Below, in pieces: positions 12,250 through 23,347 of a DNA stretch of 34,712 bases. Numbering within the stretch: the first letter of the stretch is position 1; each line of letters opens with the position of its first letter. The notes under the pieces are model-generated. The model was given only the letters and a program-made list of their open reading frames with translations. It did no database searches and was not told where the DNA came from. The stretch is from Octopus bimaculoides (Eukaryota): positions 19,018,913 to 19,053,624 of the forward strand of contig NC_068998.1 in the NCBI RefSeq assembly GCF_001194135.2, read 5' to 3'. A program made the translations under genes and the position numbers.

Positions 12250-12795
12250 CTATTTTAATTCCAGAAACAATCTATCCGACAGGCTTATACATCTCCCTTC
12301 CACTAACTTTCAATCACAGGACTTGAATCTATGGGAAAACAAGCCTGCATAGGATGACACGCGGTGAGATTGAACCCATGCCGTCATAATTGCGAAGAAT
12401 AATTCTTAACCGATTGGCCATACTGCACCCCAGGCGCATCATTACCAACCACAAGTATCGGAATCTGTGGTGAAAATGGGTTCAGGGGAAGGATGAAAGG
12501 CAAAGTCGACCTCAACCGCATTTGAACTCAGAACGTAAAGACAGACGAAATACCACAAAGCATTTTGCCCGGCGTGCTAACGTTTCTGCCAGCTTGCCAC
12601 CTTAGATTGATACTGCATTATTGCCACAAAATAGGGCAGTAGGTTGGGTTGATAAAATTGATAGTGTGGAGCTTACGTTCAGAGTTCAAATCCAGTCGGG
12701 ATTTACTTTGCTTGTCCTCAACAACGATATTGTGGTCTTGTATCTAACTTAGACATCATTAACACACGATCCTTATACATGCATACTAAGCTCAC

Positions 12796-12838
12796 TTCTT
12801 TAGCCGAACAAGATGGAGGGCTTCCACCGTTGTTTCTT
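12796..12838 (-). CDS. Putative exon (E)ETTVEALHLVRLK
   Basis: Good donor GAA|gtgagc, but a weak acceptor without a pyrimidine tract. Phase 1 in, phase 2 out, which fits both neighbours. Confidence 0.25.
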
Positions 12839-12914
12839 CTGGTACTTATTCCAAATTGTCTTTCTTTTTCGAGTGGCTATTTCTACTGCGATAAAAGTTC
12901 GTCAGTTTACTTAC

Positions 12915-12983
12915 CATGAAATGTGGTTAGACGTCCAACCTTCAAGTTGTCCTGCCTTTTCAAACGTCCACAAACCTCGTCAA
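12915..12983 (-). CDS. Putative exon (V)DEVCGRLKRQDNLKVGRLTTFH
   Basis: Consensus donor ATG|gtaagt and acceptor aatag|. 69 nt, phase 1-1, the only open frame. Confidence 0.35.
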
Positions 12984-13521
12984 CTATTTAACTTCAAAAC
13001 CTCATATCAGTTTTACATGTGTGTGTGTGTGTATGTGTGTGTGTGTCTATTATCTATATGAATGTCATAGGCCTTTTTTTTTATTTGCTAGCTTAACTTT
13101 ATCAGAGAAGGAACAGCATGCCCATGACCCTTTCCAGGGCTTCGGTAACTTATGAGAGCAAGGGAGTAAGTTATCCTTTAACCAGATAAACCTTGGCCAA
13201 AATGCTTGCTTGCAGAGTGTATTCTGCTACAGACAGCGAAGGGGTAAGTAGGTATTATTGAACACAGCACAGGGAAAGAAGAGTTTCTAAATTTAGAAAA
13301 CAGAATCAACGGAGACTGTTATAAGATCTATTCGCTGTTGGAGATATTTCGCCGATTCATTTAATAATTATCGGTAACGGATGATCGTCACTTAATACAT
13401 ATTTTACCAATCACTGAAATAAACAGAGCTGGCAACACGTTGTCTGTGTATCTGTGTGTGCATACGTACATGTGTATATATAAATTGTATGCGCATTTTT
13501 CCATATAAATATATTCCTTAC

Positions 13522-13684
13522 CCCAGTTATCTCTTGTCTGTCTTTCTATTTCTATACCGAGACGATGTCCAACGTTCTTACAGTCAACATTTCTACCTCT
13601 GGAATAACTCACTCTGAGGAAATTGGAGTTTAAGATTCTGATCTCCTCGAACAAAACTTGGTGACTATCCGTGCCACGCTTAAA
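13522..13684 (-). CDS. Putative exon FKRGTDSHQVLFEEIRILNSNFLRVSYSRGRNVDCKNVGHRLGIEIERQTRDNW
   Basis: Overlaps ORF 13388..13654(-). Donor TGGG|gtaagg is phase 1; an alternative phase-0 donor AGA|gtgagt is internal. Acceptor tttctatagctag|. Confidence 0.3.
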
Positions 13685-14109
13685 CTAGCTATAGAAACGT
13701 ATATTTGTGTGTGTGTGTGTGTGTATGTGTGTGTGTGTGTGTGTGCGCGCGCGCGCGCGTGGACATCTAGCAATTGGAGGTCCATTAAATTTTAAATCTT
13801 AATTGTTGATATGACATGGTATGTCATAAGTGTCTGTATATTGTCTTTTTTGTCATTTTGGTTATAAAATAAACAGATTGATCAACGGAATATAGTGTTT
13901 GCAAGTTGATGAGTACCACATATTCCCCTCCATTTTCTTATTGCTATATAAATTTAGGGTTTAAAAAACCCTTTTACCCGCACCCACTTATTGCACTTGG
14001 TATAACACTAGTGTAACAGTGTAACAATAATTGGGTACCCTCCCAGTAGTATATTGGATATATATTATTCCTTAGTGGGTTGGATTCACAACCCCTAACT
14101 TTCTTGGAT

Positions 14110-14149
<40 letters not shown>

Positions 14150-14196
14150 TATAACATACATACATACATACATACATATATACATACATACATACA

Positions 14197-14259
<63 letters not shown>

Positions 14260-14499
14260 TTGTGTCTATTTGTCTCCCACCACCGCTTGACAACCGGTGC
14301 TGGTTCGCCAAAAGGACAGATAGAATAAGTACCAGGTTTAATAAAGAAAATAAGTACTGGGGTCGATTAGTTTGACTAAAAAAATCTCGTTTGGATTAGT
14401 TAAGGACATACAAACATACATACATGCATGCATTATCTGTAATGTAGACAAGGAACACCACCGCGATGCAGCATGATTAAATGAACTATGAAGTGAGTA

Positions 14500-16681
14500 T
14501 TGTGCAAATTCCTCTCCCAAAACACATAACATCACCAATGAAACAGCCCTGACAGTTATTATGAAACTACCGAATGGAAAATCACCTGGGAGAGGCCTGA
14601 TAGTTGGCTACAGTACAAAAAAAACTCACGTTCTACAGAGAAATTCTCACAAACCTATTTAAAAAAAAAAACAATGGACGTTGAGCTAGATATACAGATT
14701 GGCTAACAATAGAACCCATATGGCCAAAACCTATAGGCTCATAACATGCTTGAATGTTATATATAAACTGTACACAGGTTGTCTGAATATTTTTCTCCTA
14801 GATGACTGCCAAACAAATGGTGTGAAGACTGATGAATAAACAGGAAGAAAGAAAGGAGCCTGGGGCTCTGCTGAACAGTTCCTCCTCGACAAAAATGTTC
14901 TTAAGGAAGCCAAACATCTCTGTAATCTCTATGCCTCATTCTTGGATGATAAACCACTACACCTAACCAAAGTGCCAGTTGCTATAGTGAATACTATAGA
15001 CAGACCACATGTTTCCACACAGTTATCACTGGCAACGCCTATTGTTATAAACAGAATTAAGTTATCAACAAGCATATTCCAGGGTGATAGTTTATCTGTA
15101 ATGTTGTTTCTACTGGCAGTGAATCCTTTGTCAGCCCTGTTAACAAAATGCAAAAGGATACAAGCTGGAACAAGTAGAAAAGAATGAAATTAATGTCACC
15201 CACACAATTTTTGTAGATGACCTAAAGTTATATTCTGGTAATAGGATCAATATCAAGAGACAATTGGAACTAGTCACGTTTTCACGAGATTTAGGAATGG
15301 AGTCTAGGCAAGGTAAACGTTCATACATGATAGTCAGCCGAGGAAACATGCACATCAACGGCTTGTCTCTCTCCTCTATGTTTAATGATGAAAACTACAA
15401 ATACCTCAGAATCGATGAGGAACTGCTGTACAGGCACTCTGAGAATACAAATGTCTCATGCGACCCAAAGGAGGCTGGGATAGCCTACCTAAACAGAAGC
15501 TTGGAGATGAAGCAGACATCATACCAACGAAAAGCAATGCATGGGTACATGCCCCGTAAGCTAGAGGGCAACAACAGCATTGACATGAAGAGTATACTCT
15601 CTTGGACCTGTAATAGATACACTACATCCCACCTAGAAGGATATGGCGTCGCTATCCGGGAACAGGAGAAAGACATTAAATACTTGATAAACAAGAGGGA
15701 CAAATATAACACCAAACTCCACGCTGTGATAGAAAACGTCGGCTCTGTTATATCAGTATGGAAGATATCGCCCACGTCAACAGCAGTTATCCCAGATTGC
15801 CTACGAGATACTACCTGCTCCTGAGGCACGGCGTGTATGATATCCACAGGGAGGAATGTCTTGACTTATACATCAAAGGCATGTCAGAACCAGCAGGTAT
15901 TCACAACTTTGAAAACAAAGAACACTCGTGGTTGTTGTTGTTGGCACTCCGTCGCTTACGACGTCGAGGGTTCCAGTTGATCCAATCAACGGAACAGCCT
16001 GCTCGTGAAATTAACGTGCAAGTGGCTGAGCACTCCACAGACACGTAATACCCTTAACGTAGTTCTCGGAGGTATTCAGCGTGACACAGAGTGACAAGAC
16101 TGACCCTTTGAATTACAGGCACAACAGAAACAGGAAGTAAGAGTGAGAGAAAGTTGTGGTGAAAGAGTACAGCAGGGTTCGCCACCATCCCCTGCCGGAG
16201 CCTCGTAGAGCTTTAGGTGCTTTCGCTCAATAAACACTCACAACGCCCGGTCTGGGAATCGAAACCGCGATCCTATCACCGCGAGTTCGCTGCCCTAACC
16301 ACTGGGCCATTGCGCCTCCACAATACTCGTTGAACACACCAATAAAAACAGTAATTCGGTGCAAACATAACAGACCTGATATTGAACTGTTGTAGAGGTC
16401 AGCTGCCCAGCGGATGTAAATGTATAATCAAAAGTCCAGGAAAAGAGAACATATATTGTGAATTAATGCAAGACTTAGAGCTCTCGTATGCCGACTATAA
16501 ATCCTTATTTGTTTCTATCGTCATAGGTACATAGTTTATGTACCTACAAATTTGCACAAAAGACTAGAAATATTCGTTTCTACGAAGATAGAGCAAATGA
16601 AACTGGCGCGGATTTTACAAATTTAATCCATTAGCGGTATAGTGGAGATTTGTAAGACATTCCAAAAATTCCCTATTTGAG
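14500..16681 (+). mobile_element. Decayed R4/Dong-like non-LTR retrotransposon (RT + CCHC + restriction-like endonuclease), interrupted by a SINE
   Basis: Collinear frameshifted motifs: KLPNGKSPG, TYRLITCLNVIYKL, KKGAWGSAEQ, IFQGDSLS, FVDDLKLY, EDIAHVNSSYPRL..RYYLLLRH, KHNRPDI, SIVIG, VEICKTFQKF. Confidence 0.9.
15913..16321 (-). mobile_element. tRNA-headed SINE family C inserted in the R4-like LINE
   Basis: The reverse complement starts gtggaggcgcaatggcccagtggttagggcagcg...ggtttcgattccc (A and B boxes) and ends in (caa)n. Flanked by AACACTCGT / AATACTCGT. Confidence 0.85.
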
Positions 16682-17512
16682 ATTTTTTAGGTGAAAAGAT
16701 GCACATACTCGACAGTTCAACCAACGCACCAACTCAATCACATGTTTACAAACACCAGGAATTCTCTTAAATGCAAGTATAGGAGTGTATCCGTGTTTGG
16801 AGATAGTCATATGTGAGAGGTGAGAATGGTATGAGTAGTTTTTATAGAGGGGAAAGTGCGTATGTACAAGTGTGTGTGTGTGTGTGTGTGTGAAGCGAGC
16901 GGGCGGACCGGTGAGGTACAAGTGGAGGAATGTGAAGAGTGTGATAGAAGTGTATGCAAGTTAAGAGAAACCAGAGAAAAATAATTACAATACAAACCAC
17001 TGGTAAAAAAAAAAATTACGAGTTCGGTGAGAGAAGTTATTTAACAACTTCTCAAAGAAACAAACAAACAAACAAACAAACAAACTTTATATATACATAT
17101 GTGTGTGGCTGTATGTGTGTATATATGTAGATATATATATATATATTTATATATATANNNNNNNNNNNNNNNNNNNNNNNNNNNNNNNNNNNNNNNNNNN
17201 NNNNNNNNNNNNNNNNNNNNNNNNNNNNNNNNNNNNNNNNNNNNNNNNNNNNNNNNNNNNNNNNNNNNNNNNNNNNNNNNNNNNNNNNNNNNNNNNNNNN
17301 NNNNNNNNNNNNNNNNNNNNNNNNNNNNNNNNNNNNNNNNNNNNNNNNNNNNNNNNNNNNNNNNNNNNNNNNNNNNNNNNNNNNNNNNNNNNNNNNNNNN
17401 NNNNNNNNNNNNNNNNNNNNNNNNNNNNNNNNNNNNNNNNNNNNNNNNNNNNNNNNNNNNNNNNNNNNNNNNNNNNNNNNNNNNNNNNNNNNNNNNNNNN
17501 NNNNNNNNNNNN

Positions 17513-17560
<48 letters not shown>

Positions 17561-17629
17561 GAGCGAGAGAGAGAGAGAGAGGTTGATAGCTTCGAGGCTG
17601 ACTTATAGCACATCATATAGAAGGTAATA

Positions 17630-18555
17630 TTTCGGCATCGTTCTAAAACCTTTTTCAAATTTTTAAATGACTACATGACCAAAATTAAGCAATCGCCTAA
17701 TCTACATATCCTCGCAGACAAAATAAAGATTTATGAAACAAGCATCCCCACACACGCAAGGCTCCTCACAAACATAATCACCAAAACACACAAGAAAACT
17801 TGAAATTCCATATTCAGTGATAAATACAGACGCGAAGGAGCTAGCTATCCTCCCTAACATAGAGAGTCGTGTAGACCGCCTTGTCACGCGACCTCCGCAC
17901 ATTACACTTAAGGACCACAAACCTAAATTCCTCTCCAACCCCAAATGCAGGCTGATCAACCCCTCTAAAAGTGATATAGGTATTGTTAGAAAACGCATTC
18001 TTGATACCACCAACTCTGACATTAGAAGGGCCACAGGGTTGATTCAATGGGATTCCAACGCAGCCCTGATCGACTGGTTTCTCAGTATCGAGAATAAATC
18101 AGCCTGCAGTTTAACGCGTTTGACATTGTAGACTTTTACCCTTCTGTATCGAAAGCCCTCCTCCTGAAGGCCCTAAATTTTGCTAAGCAATTCATTGGCG
18201 CGAGTGATCTCAATGTCAGAATCATCATTAACGTCAGAAAATGAATCTTGGTTCAGGACAATACTCTGTCTGAGTGAAGAAAGAAAGCGATTTACTGTTC
18301 AACGTTTCTATGGGGAGCTACGACGGGGTTAAGATCACCGAACTCGTCGGGTTATTCATCTTGGATACTCTCTAGAAACGCACGCATCCACATTGGTTGT
18401 CCCTCTATAGGTACGATAGCCAGGTAATCTCAAGCCATATGAATGGCCACGCCATGAACAACTTCAGGAAGGGCACAATAAAAATACTCAAGGAGTTTAG
18501 CCTGTCCATAACAGTTACCATCAACCTGACCACGGTCGACTTCTTGCACATACGA
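17630..18555 (+). mobile_element. Degraded Penelope-like element RT fragment
   Basis: HITLKDHKPKF..NPKCRLINPSKSDIG, FDIVDFYPSV, GSYDG..ITELVGLFIL, LYRYDS (for LYRDD) and TVDFL motifs of PLE reverse transcriptases, with stops and frameshifts. Confidence 0.85.
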
Positions 18556-18903
18556 TGTTATATTCATATGATGCTATCAACGTTCTCAGTAATACAAGTG
18601 TTACAGCTCTCATGCGATTGCCAATTGTCGTTCCGGCTGTAAGTAGCTGTTGCAATGCCCTGTTGATTACTGTTTTAAACGATTTCCTGTGTGTGGTTTT
18701 GAACTTCAGATCCCTTCGATGTTCTACCTCTCGCTGGTCTCAATAGATATTTCCCATAAGTGTTTCCATAGTATTTGACCGTATGGCAATGTTTTGCTTT
18801 TTAATTTGTGTATGAGGTGTGTGAATATGTATGCGTGCATGAGTGAGTGTATGTGTGAGAGAGAGAGAGAGAGAGAGTGTGCATGCATACATGTGATTGT
18901 GTT

Positions 18904-18963
<60 letters not shown>

Positions 18964-19225
18964 TATGTGTGTGTGTGTCTGTGTCTATGTGTGTGTCTGT
19001 GTGTGTGTGCGGTTAATAAATACAAATAGATTGTCGAGTTGTACAGACAGACATACAGCGATAACTATTTGAATGAGTGGAACACACGAAAGCCGATGAC
19101 TCTATATTGGTAATAAACACAAACATACACACACACACACTCACGCACACACGCTCACACACACACACAAGCGGCAAAACGTGAGTTCTGTCATGCAGCC
19201 AGATTTTTCACCGCTTAAAAATAAA

Positions 19226-19258
<33 letters not shown>

Positions 19259-19539
19259 CCCCGCTCTGTTACTTAATGGAGACAAACAGTGAAATCCCTG
19301 ATGTCCGTCCAGTCAAGATTTAACTTATTTGACTTGGATGATTTTATGACCTCCAAAGAACAGAATGTGAAAGGATTTGTTTACTTAAATCTGTCTGTTT
19401 GAAATGTATCCGGTCTCTATTAAAATGCGGATCACCTCGCGTTGAAGTTGTTTGAGGGTCTTTAAAGAAAGAGATGTGTTGTGAACAATGCAGAAGGAAG
19501 TGTCTTGCGGAGAACGTACTGTATATAATCTTAAGAAAG

Positions 19540-19770
19540 ATGGTGGTTGAGATTACAGGAGTTGTGGAGGTTATTAGACAGAGGGTAATGGTGATAGTGG
19601 TGGCTTCGGTGTTGGTTGAGGTGATAGGGGAGGTTGCAGTGGCGACGGCGCTCGCGATGGTGTTGGAGGAGGCAGCAGCGCTGAGGTGGTGGTGATAGCG
19701 GCAGCGCTGAGATGGTGGTGGTGGTGGCGGCGGCGGCGCTGAGGTGGTGGTGGTGGCGGTGGTGCTAGTG
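19540..19770 (+). repeat. Degenerate (GGT/GGC)n low-complexity tract
   Basis: Directly visible. Runs into an N gap. Confidence 0.8.
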
Positions 19771-20374
19771 NNNNNNNNNNNNNNNNNNNNNNNNNNNNNN
19801 NNNNNNNNNNNNNNNNNNNNNNNNNNNNNNNNNNNNNNNNNNNNNNNNNNNNNNNNNNNNNNNNNNNNNNNNNNNNNNNNNNNNNNNNNNNNNNNNNNNN
19901 NNNNGGGGGTGGGGGTTATGCTGGTGGTTATGGTAACTTGAAAGTCGTTATTGACCATAAGTTTTATTAAATCACAGTAACAACACAAATGAAATGCCAT
20001 CTCGACGCTTAACTCCACAAATACGACTTATGGTCAATGACGACTTTCAAGCCAAGACCATCGCATCTTATAATTTGACATAATATGTCTAACATGACAT
20101 TGTCTTAACGTTTTCATTCCTTTGTATGTAACAGTTATGCTGGTGCTGTTCTTGCTCGTAGAAATGGTGATGGTAGTGACAAAGATTAATAGCAACAATG
20201 TTAAAGGTGCTGCTGCTGCTGCTATTGTTGTTGTTGTTGTTTAACCTCAGGTCATCCTTGGTCAAGCAGACCTGTATTCAAAGCTGTTCCAGCCGAAACC
20301 ATCTAGTATCCTTTCTCTTTTCAAGACGGTAAGGGACAGATTTGGAGGGCAGGGGGGGGGGACGGAGATTGTGC

Positions 20375-20534
20375 TGCAAATTGAGTATTTGCATTGAGAC
20401 TTGGTCCCACCGGGGTCGCAGTTGGCACTCCCGGTACGCGCTCGTGACGGCAAACGGACGCCACGAGTCGATAGCGGCTCAACGGCGCCTGTAAGGACAG
20501 GACCGGAGCACGCTAGTCTCGATGATAAATTTTG
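20375..20534. promoter_or_regulatory. CpG-dense island, candidate promoter or non-coding first exon
   Basis: 17 CpG in about 122 bp (20401-20522) in an AT-rich background, with octamer ATTTGCAT at 20387-20394. It lies about 500 bp upstream of the acceptor preceding the mucin ATG, which implies an upstream untranslated exon. Confidence 0.4.
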
Positions 20535-21044
20535 TTGTTTTCGCGGTGATGGTATTGTCAGGTTTTTTTTTTTTTTTTCAATTATTATTTTGACATCCCC
20601 ACTTTCTAAGTCAACTAATAACTGACCATTAGCCCCAATTAGACTCAAGTTTTGCAAACTGGGCTGCTGAGATATCTCTCAATAAGTGCTGCTCGTGTCT
20701 AGGTCGAAAGAGTTTCTTTTTTCTTTTTCTCTCGTCTCTAAATAAGAACTTCTTTGCGATTCAGGTGCATCCTTTGTGATAAATGCCCGTGTTTTGCTTG
20801 GAATCGACAAAGAGCAAAAATAGCGATGTTCTTTACCTAGGTCTCGTGTTTGGGAATTTTAAGAAAATGAAAGGATAACGTTATGCTTTTCTTATGGTTA
20901 TTAGGCTTATAAGTGAATTGAAACTGTTCTCTCTCTCTCTCTCCTCTGTGTGTGTATGACATGATGAACATGTTCCATTCTGCTACTCAAACACTCGATG
21001 CATTTTCAATGTTTTTTTTCTTTTATTTTATTTTCAGTTGCGCC

Positions 21045-21132
21045 ATGAATATTTACTCTTTATCTACATTCGCCTTCTTTGTTTTTACGGCGACAAATGG
21101 TGAACTAACCCATTCGTCAGAAGATCCTTTAG
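21045..21132 (+). CDS. Mucin-like type I membrane protein, coding exon 1 (signal peptide MNIYSLSTFAFFVFTATNG/ELTHSSEDPL)
   Basis: Acceptor ttttattttcag| ends at 21037. ATG in GCCATG context at 21045, followed by a hydrophobic FAFFVF core and an ATNG cleavage-like end. Donor G|gtacga at 21133, phase 1, compatible with the next exon. Confidence 0.8.
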
Positions 21133-22231
21133 GTACGAAATTTACCTGTATAAATGATGATGGCTTTACCAACATTGTTTTCTTTGCTGCTGTTTTATAT
21201 GTGTCAGGTTAAATCTCTGATGGATGTCTCGAGCTTCATATATTAATGTAACGTGTTGTCGGGTCACTGGAACACGACAACGGATAGAGCATAAAGTGTG
21301 AGTCAATGCATACCTATTCATTCCATTTGTGAATATTTTTCACTCAAAATATGTATTCTCTAAGTCACCTTGGATCTGATAAGCTCTGAAAGTATATTTC
21401 GTTGAAAAGGTCGAAGAAGACCGAAATATGTGTAGAGTTGTCTTACCAAAGATCATTTCTCATTTAATTTCTAAGTAATTTGTATTTTGGATTTGTCTCG
21501 CGTACCTTTCTTCGCAAGAAATATCACCACAAGCTAATGATTTTTTTGTTAATTAACACATGTTTTTGACTCCATTAAATATTAGTCCCCATCCCATTTA
21601 ACTGTATTTAAAAAGACCCAGACCTCTAATGCACTTTCTGGTGAACGGTTGTGAAAAGAAATTAGTATTGTTAACTAAAGCTCTTATGAAATATGATTAC
21701 AGTTCTTCTTTTATTTATGTTGCATGAACAGTAGGAGTATGGGGGCATGCACTGTAACAACACGTCGCTGCATTCACCATTTGCTGGTGATTCCCTACTC
21801 CTGGCGGAGGATACCTATGCACCACTCAGGCGATAACCCTCCAACCCATGGGTCTATCTGGGTAGTCATTGCTGGTGTGGGTTTTACGAGTTCGGAGTGC
21901 AAATCCTACCTTAACTTCTTTTAGTCGCCTTTTACGACACGGAGAAGAAATGTTGGGTCTATTCTTTGACACGGCCGGGTGGTGAAATTTCAAATTTGAG
22001 CTGTTTGTTCATTTAATATACTACGAAAAGTATAAATACAAAGAGTTTTTGAAAGAATTGGAAAGTTAAATTTACCATTGTTTTCACTTTCAGAAATATA
22101 GATGTTATAATTCTTACTTTTTAATTAGCTAAATTATTGAAATTTAGAGTGGAAGCTTAATAAATTGTATTTTGATATTGCTGAACAAAAAGTATTTATT
22201 TTAGAAATATATAATTTAATATTCTACAATT

Positions 22232-22269
<38 letters not shown>

Positions 22270-22485
22270 TCTCTCTCTCTCTAACTCTTCGAAACGCCGG
22301 TGTTCTAATGGTGGCAGCTGATGAAGGATATGTTCTCTATGTGGCCTGCTTGTTTGTTGTACCTTGTTTATCATTTTGTCCATGTTCTTTTGCAACGTCA
22401 TGTATCCAGATATGTATCTATATGTACATGTAGATGAAAGTATGTACATACATGTACATATATATGCATATACTCATATATTGTT

Positions 22486-22586
<101 letters not shown>

Positions 22587-23057
22587 GTGTGTGTGTGTGT
22601 TTAAGTAAAGTAAATTACCCACCACACAGATAAGTAATATCAAATGTGAAAACGAACTTGCATTCAATAAACTGAAATAGATTTACGGCAGAATTTACAT
22701 CTTTTTTTTTCTAATTAAAGGTTTTAGTAAATCAGTCACTTTTTATATTACTTTTCTCTTTCTTCTAACAGTCTACCTGTCTTTATCTTTTAGCCACTTT
22801 TTTGTGGTGTGCGAAGAAAAAATAAACTTTGACCAAAATAAAACACAAACATTATTTTTCCTTACGTTGCGTTTATTAATTCAATAACTTAACTGAATAA
22901 ATATTTTGTTATATCGTATATTAATTAACATGCTAATCATCGATCGTATTTATGAGGGAAATCGACTTATTATGACGTCATAATGGATATATATCAAAAT
23001 TTTGACACAAAATATAGAGCAAAGAAAAAAAATATCAAATATAGTGTTGTTTGTCCT

Positions 23058-23347
23058 TCTAGAGCTATGTCTGGCTCATAAGGGCCGTTATCCCGGTTTC
23101 ATTGGCATATAGGTTCCCCACCTAGAGGGGACGCCGGTCCGTCACAGCTGAACTGCTAGATGCAGGAGGAAATAGTGAGAGAAAGTTGTGGCGAAAGAGT
23201 CAACAGAAGTTCGCCATTATCTTCTGCGGAAGCCGCGTGGAGCTTTAGTGTTTCGGTCATAAACACATATATCGCCGGTCTAAGATTCGAACTCGCGTTC
23301 CCTCGATCGCAGGTCCGCTGCTCTAACCACTAGGCCATGAGCCTCTA
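23058..23347 (-). mobile_element. tRNA-headed SINE related to family C
   Basis: Head gaggctcatggcctagtggttagagcagcg...gagttcgaatc. Shares the gtgagagaaagttgtgg..aaagagt core with 15913-16321. Confidence 0.8.

Noticed and set aside
13105-13250. Plus-strand GTAAGT donors and a strong minus-strand acceptor near 13.2 kb
   Set aside because: I could not build a phase-consistent exon on either strand that joins neighbouring exons. Left unresolved.
15264-16048. 186-aa and neighbouring ORFs as host genes
   Set aside because: They are frameshifted pieces of the decayed R4-like LINE.
16235-16321. tRNA-like heads (also about 23270-23347, 25790-25850, 32572-32640) as tRNA genes
   Set aside because: They have A/B boxes but run directly into SINE bodies present in multiple copies. 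No clean cloverleaf is evident.
19344-20018. Minus-strand Thr/Pro/Ala-rich 224-aa ORF resembling a second mucin
   Set aside because: It spans an N gap and derives from a degenerate (GGT/GGC)n tract. There are no convincing exon boundaries.
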